Source of the DNA: Lepidodermella squamata
Taxonomy: Eukaryota > Animalia > Gastrotricha
Direction: 5' to 3'
Length of the DNA: 64,000 nucleotides
Assembly: GCA_047495785.1 (NCBI GenBank)
Contig: JBLDXI010000059.1
Coordinates: 124,001-188,000, forward strand
The translations under genes were made by a program, and so were the position numbers. Under the pieces are notes generated by a model that saw only the letters and a list, made by a program, of their open reading frames with translations, was not told where the DNA came from and made no database searches. Shown piece after piece: positions 63,101 to 64,000 of this stretch; the stretch's first letter is position 1; each line of letters opens with the position of its first letter.

Positions 63101-63628
63101 CATTTGACAGGTGTTGCAACATAACTTCAACAGCTCCATGTTTCGCCAGATTCTACAAGATAGCGAATTAAAATCAGGTTATAATTATAACATGAAAATT
63201 AGGTCACATTTCCGAACGGAAAATAGTCGCTAAAATTCGCAGCACTGCCGAAAAGATTCCTTGAAAGTTTATAGAGCCCTTCGTCTTTTGGATTGAAGGA
63301 TTTAACACATTGTTTGATCAGAGCCATGACTATTTCTGAAGTAAAAAGAATGCATGTTGTGAACCTTTTGCCACTTCAACAAAAAACTACCTGCGTATCC
63401 GTTGTCGTCAAGTACAGTTGCTATTTCTTGCCGCCATGCTTTCCATTCGAAATAAGATTTCTGAATTCTCCAAACTGTTTCTCTCAGTTCAGCGTTATTC
63501 GGAGTCCTAGCAGCACTGCTGAGTTTCTGCAAGAACTTGACCCTCGACTTAGTCTCTTGTTTGGCCCCATCAAGAGAAACGATACTCTGGTTTTCGCGCG
63601 GCGTGAACGGCGCGTTTTGCTTTGCCAT
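60161..63628 (-). CDS. Paralogous ARM-like modules - disordered linker - SAM-like protein lacking the TIR domain, multi-exon
   Basis: Module 1 (QETKSRVKFLQKL..WKAWRQEIA), truncated module 2 (SEMRLRVNFLEKL), a ~270-aa S/P/K/E-rich segment, then MHWTKDDILYWL..KFGKKMVEFDGIKL..APEYYYAAVSKHFDESLPNMLELYAAL. All exons join in frame by GT-AG splicing. Confidence 0.82.
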
Positions 63629-64000
63629 TGCATTAATCTCAAACCAAACCGGCTGCTAACTCATATGTCAAATGATTTTCTCACATATCTACGCATTTAG
63701 CCCACCGTTGCAAAGGAAGCGATCGATATGTTGTGCCAAGCAACACTTATTAGCGAAGAAAGACCGTCCAGTGCGCGACATACTTCTTAGCAAAACCGAG
63801 TCCGCTAATCGAGATTATTGGACATTGCATACCTAAGTATGCGCCCTAAGTTTCCTTTATAGTACCATCAAATTATTTCTTATTTTCTGAGTTTTAATAG
63901 CAAGTTCCTGTTACCCTAGAAAATATTTGTAATATTTCAAAATAAAATGGTTTATTTTTCATCAGTCACGAAATATTGCAGACGACAGGTAAAACGACAA

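Overview
Gene-dense (about one gene per 2.8 kb) window from a compact invertebrate animal genome, judged from Numb, SNAP-25, SRF and a CR1-type LINE. Introns are mostly ~45-60 nt. I cannot name the species. Positions 1-51 kb hold mostly conserved genes: GOLGA5, alpha-SNAP, SNAP-25, SRF, BPNT1, WDR43, Numb, YLPM1-like, NFRKB, NADK, GTF3C5, ATP6V1D, YME1L1, CLPTM1, a degenerate membrane-anchored GH65/PGGHG homologue, seipin and BLOC1S4. This part also has an intact single-ORF PHD-APE-RT non-LTR retrotransposon and a hAT-like MITE. Positions 51-64 kb are different: four tightly packed, co-oriented, lineage-specific genes. They are (i) an ARM-ARM-SAM protein with no TIR, (ii) its paralogue ARM-ARM-TIR-SAM with the NADase glutamate intact, (iii) a transmembrane Hsp70 that has lost its ATPase residues, and (iv) a NEK-like pseudokinase fused to an NHL beta-propeller. 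I propose this as a candidate innate-immune sensor/decoy-plus-TIR-executor module; that is inference. Very short gaps between co-oriented genes and unpaired AG acceptors just upstream of start codons suggest operons resolved by SL trans-splicing. Gene identities come from recalled family motifs and manual splicing, not from database searches.
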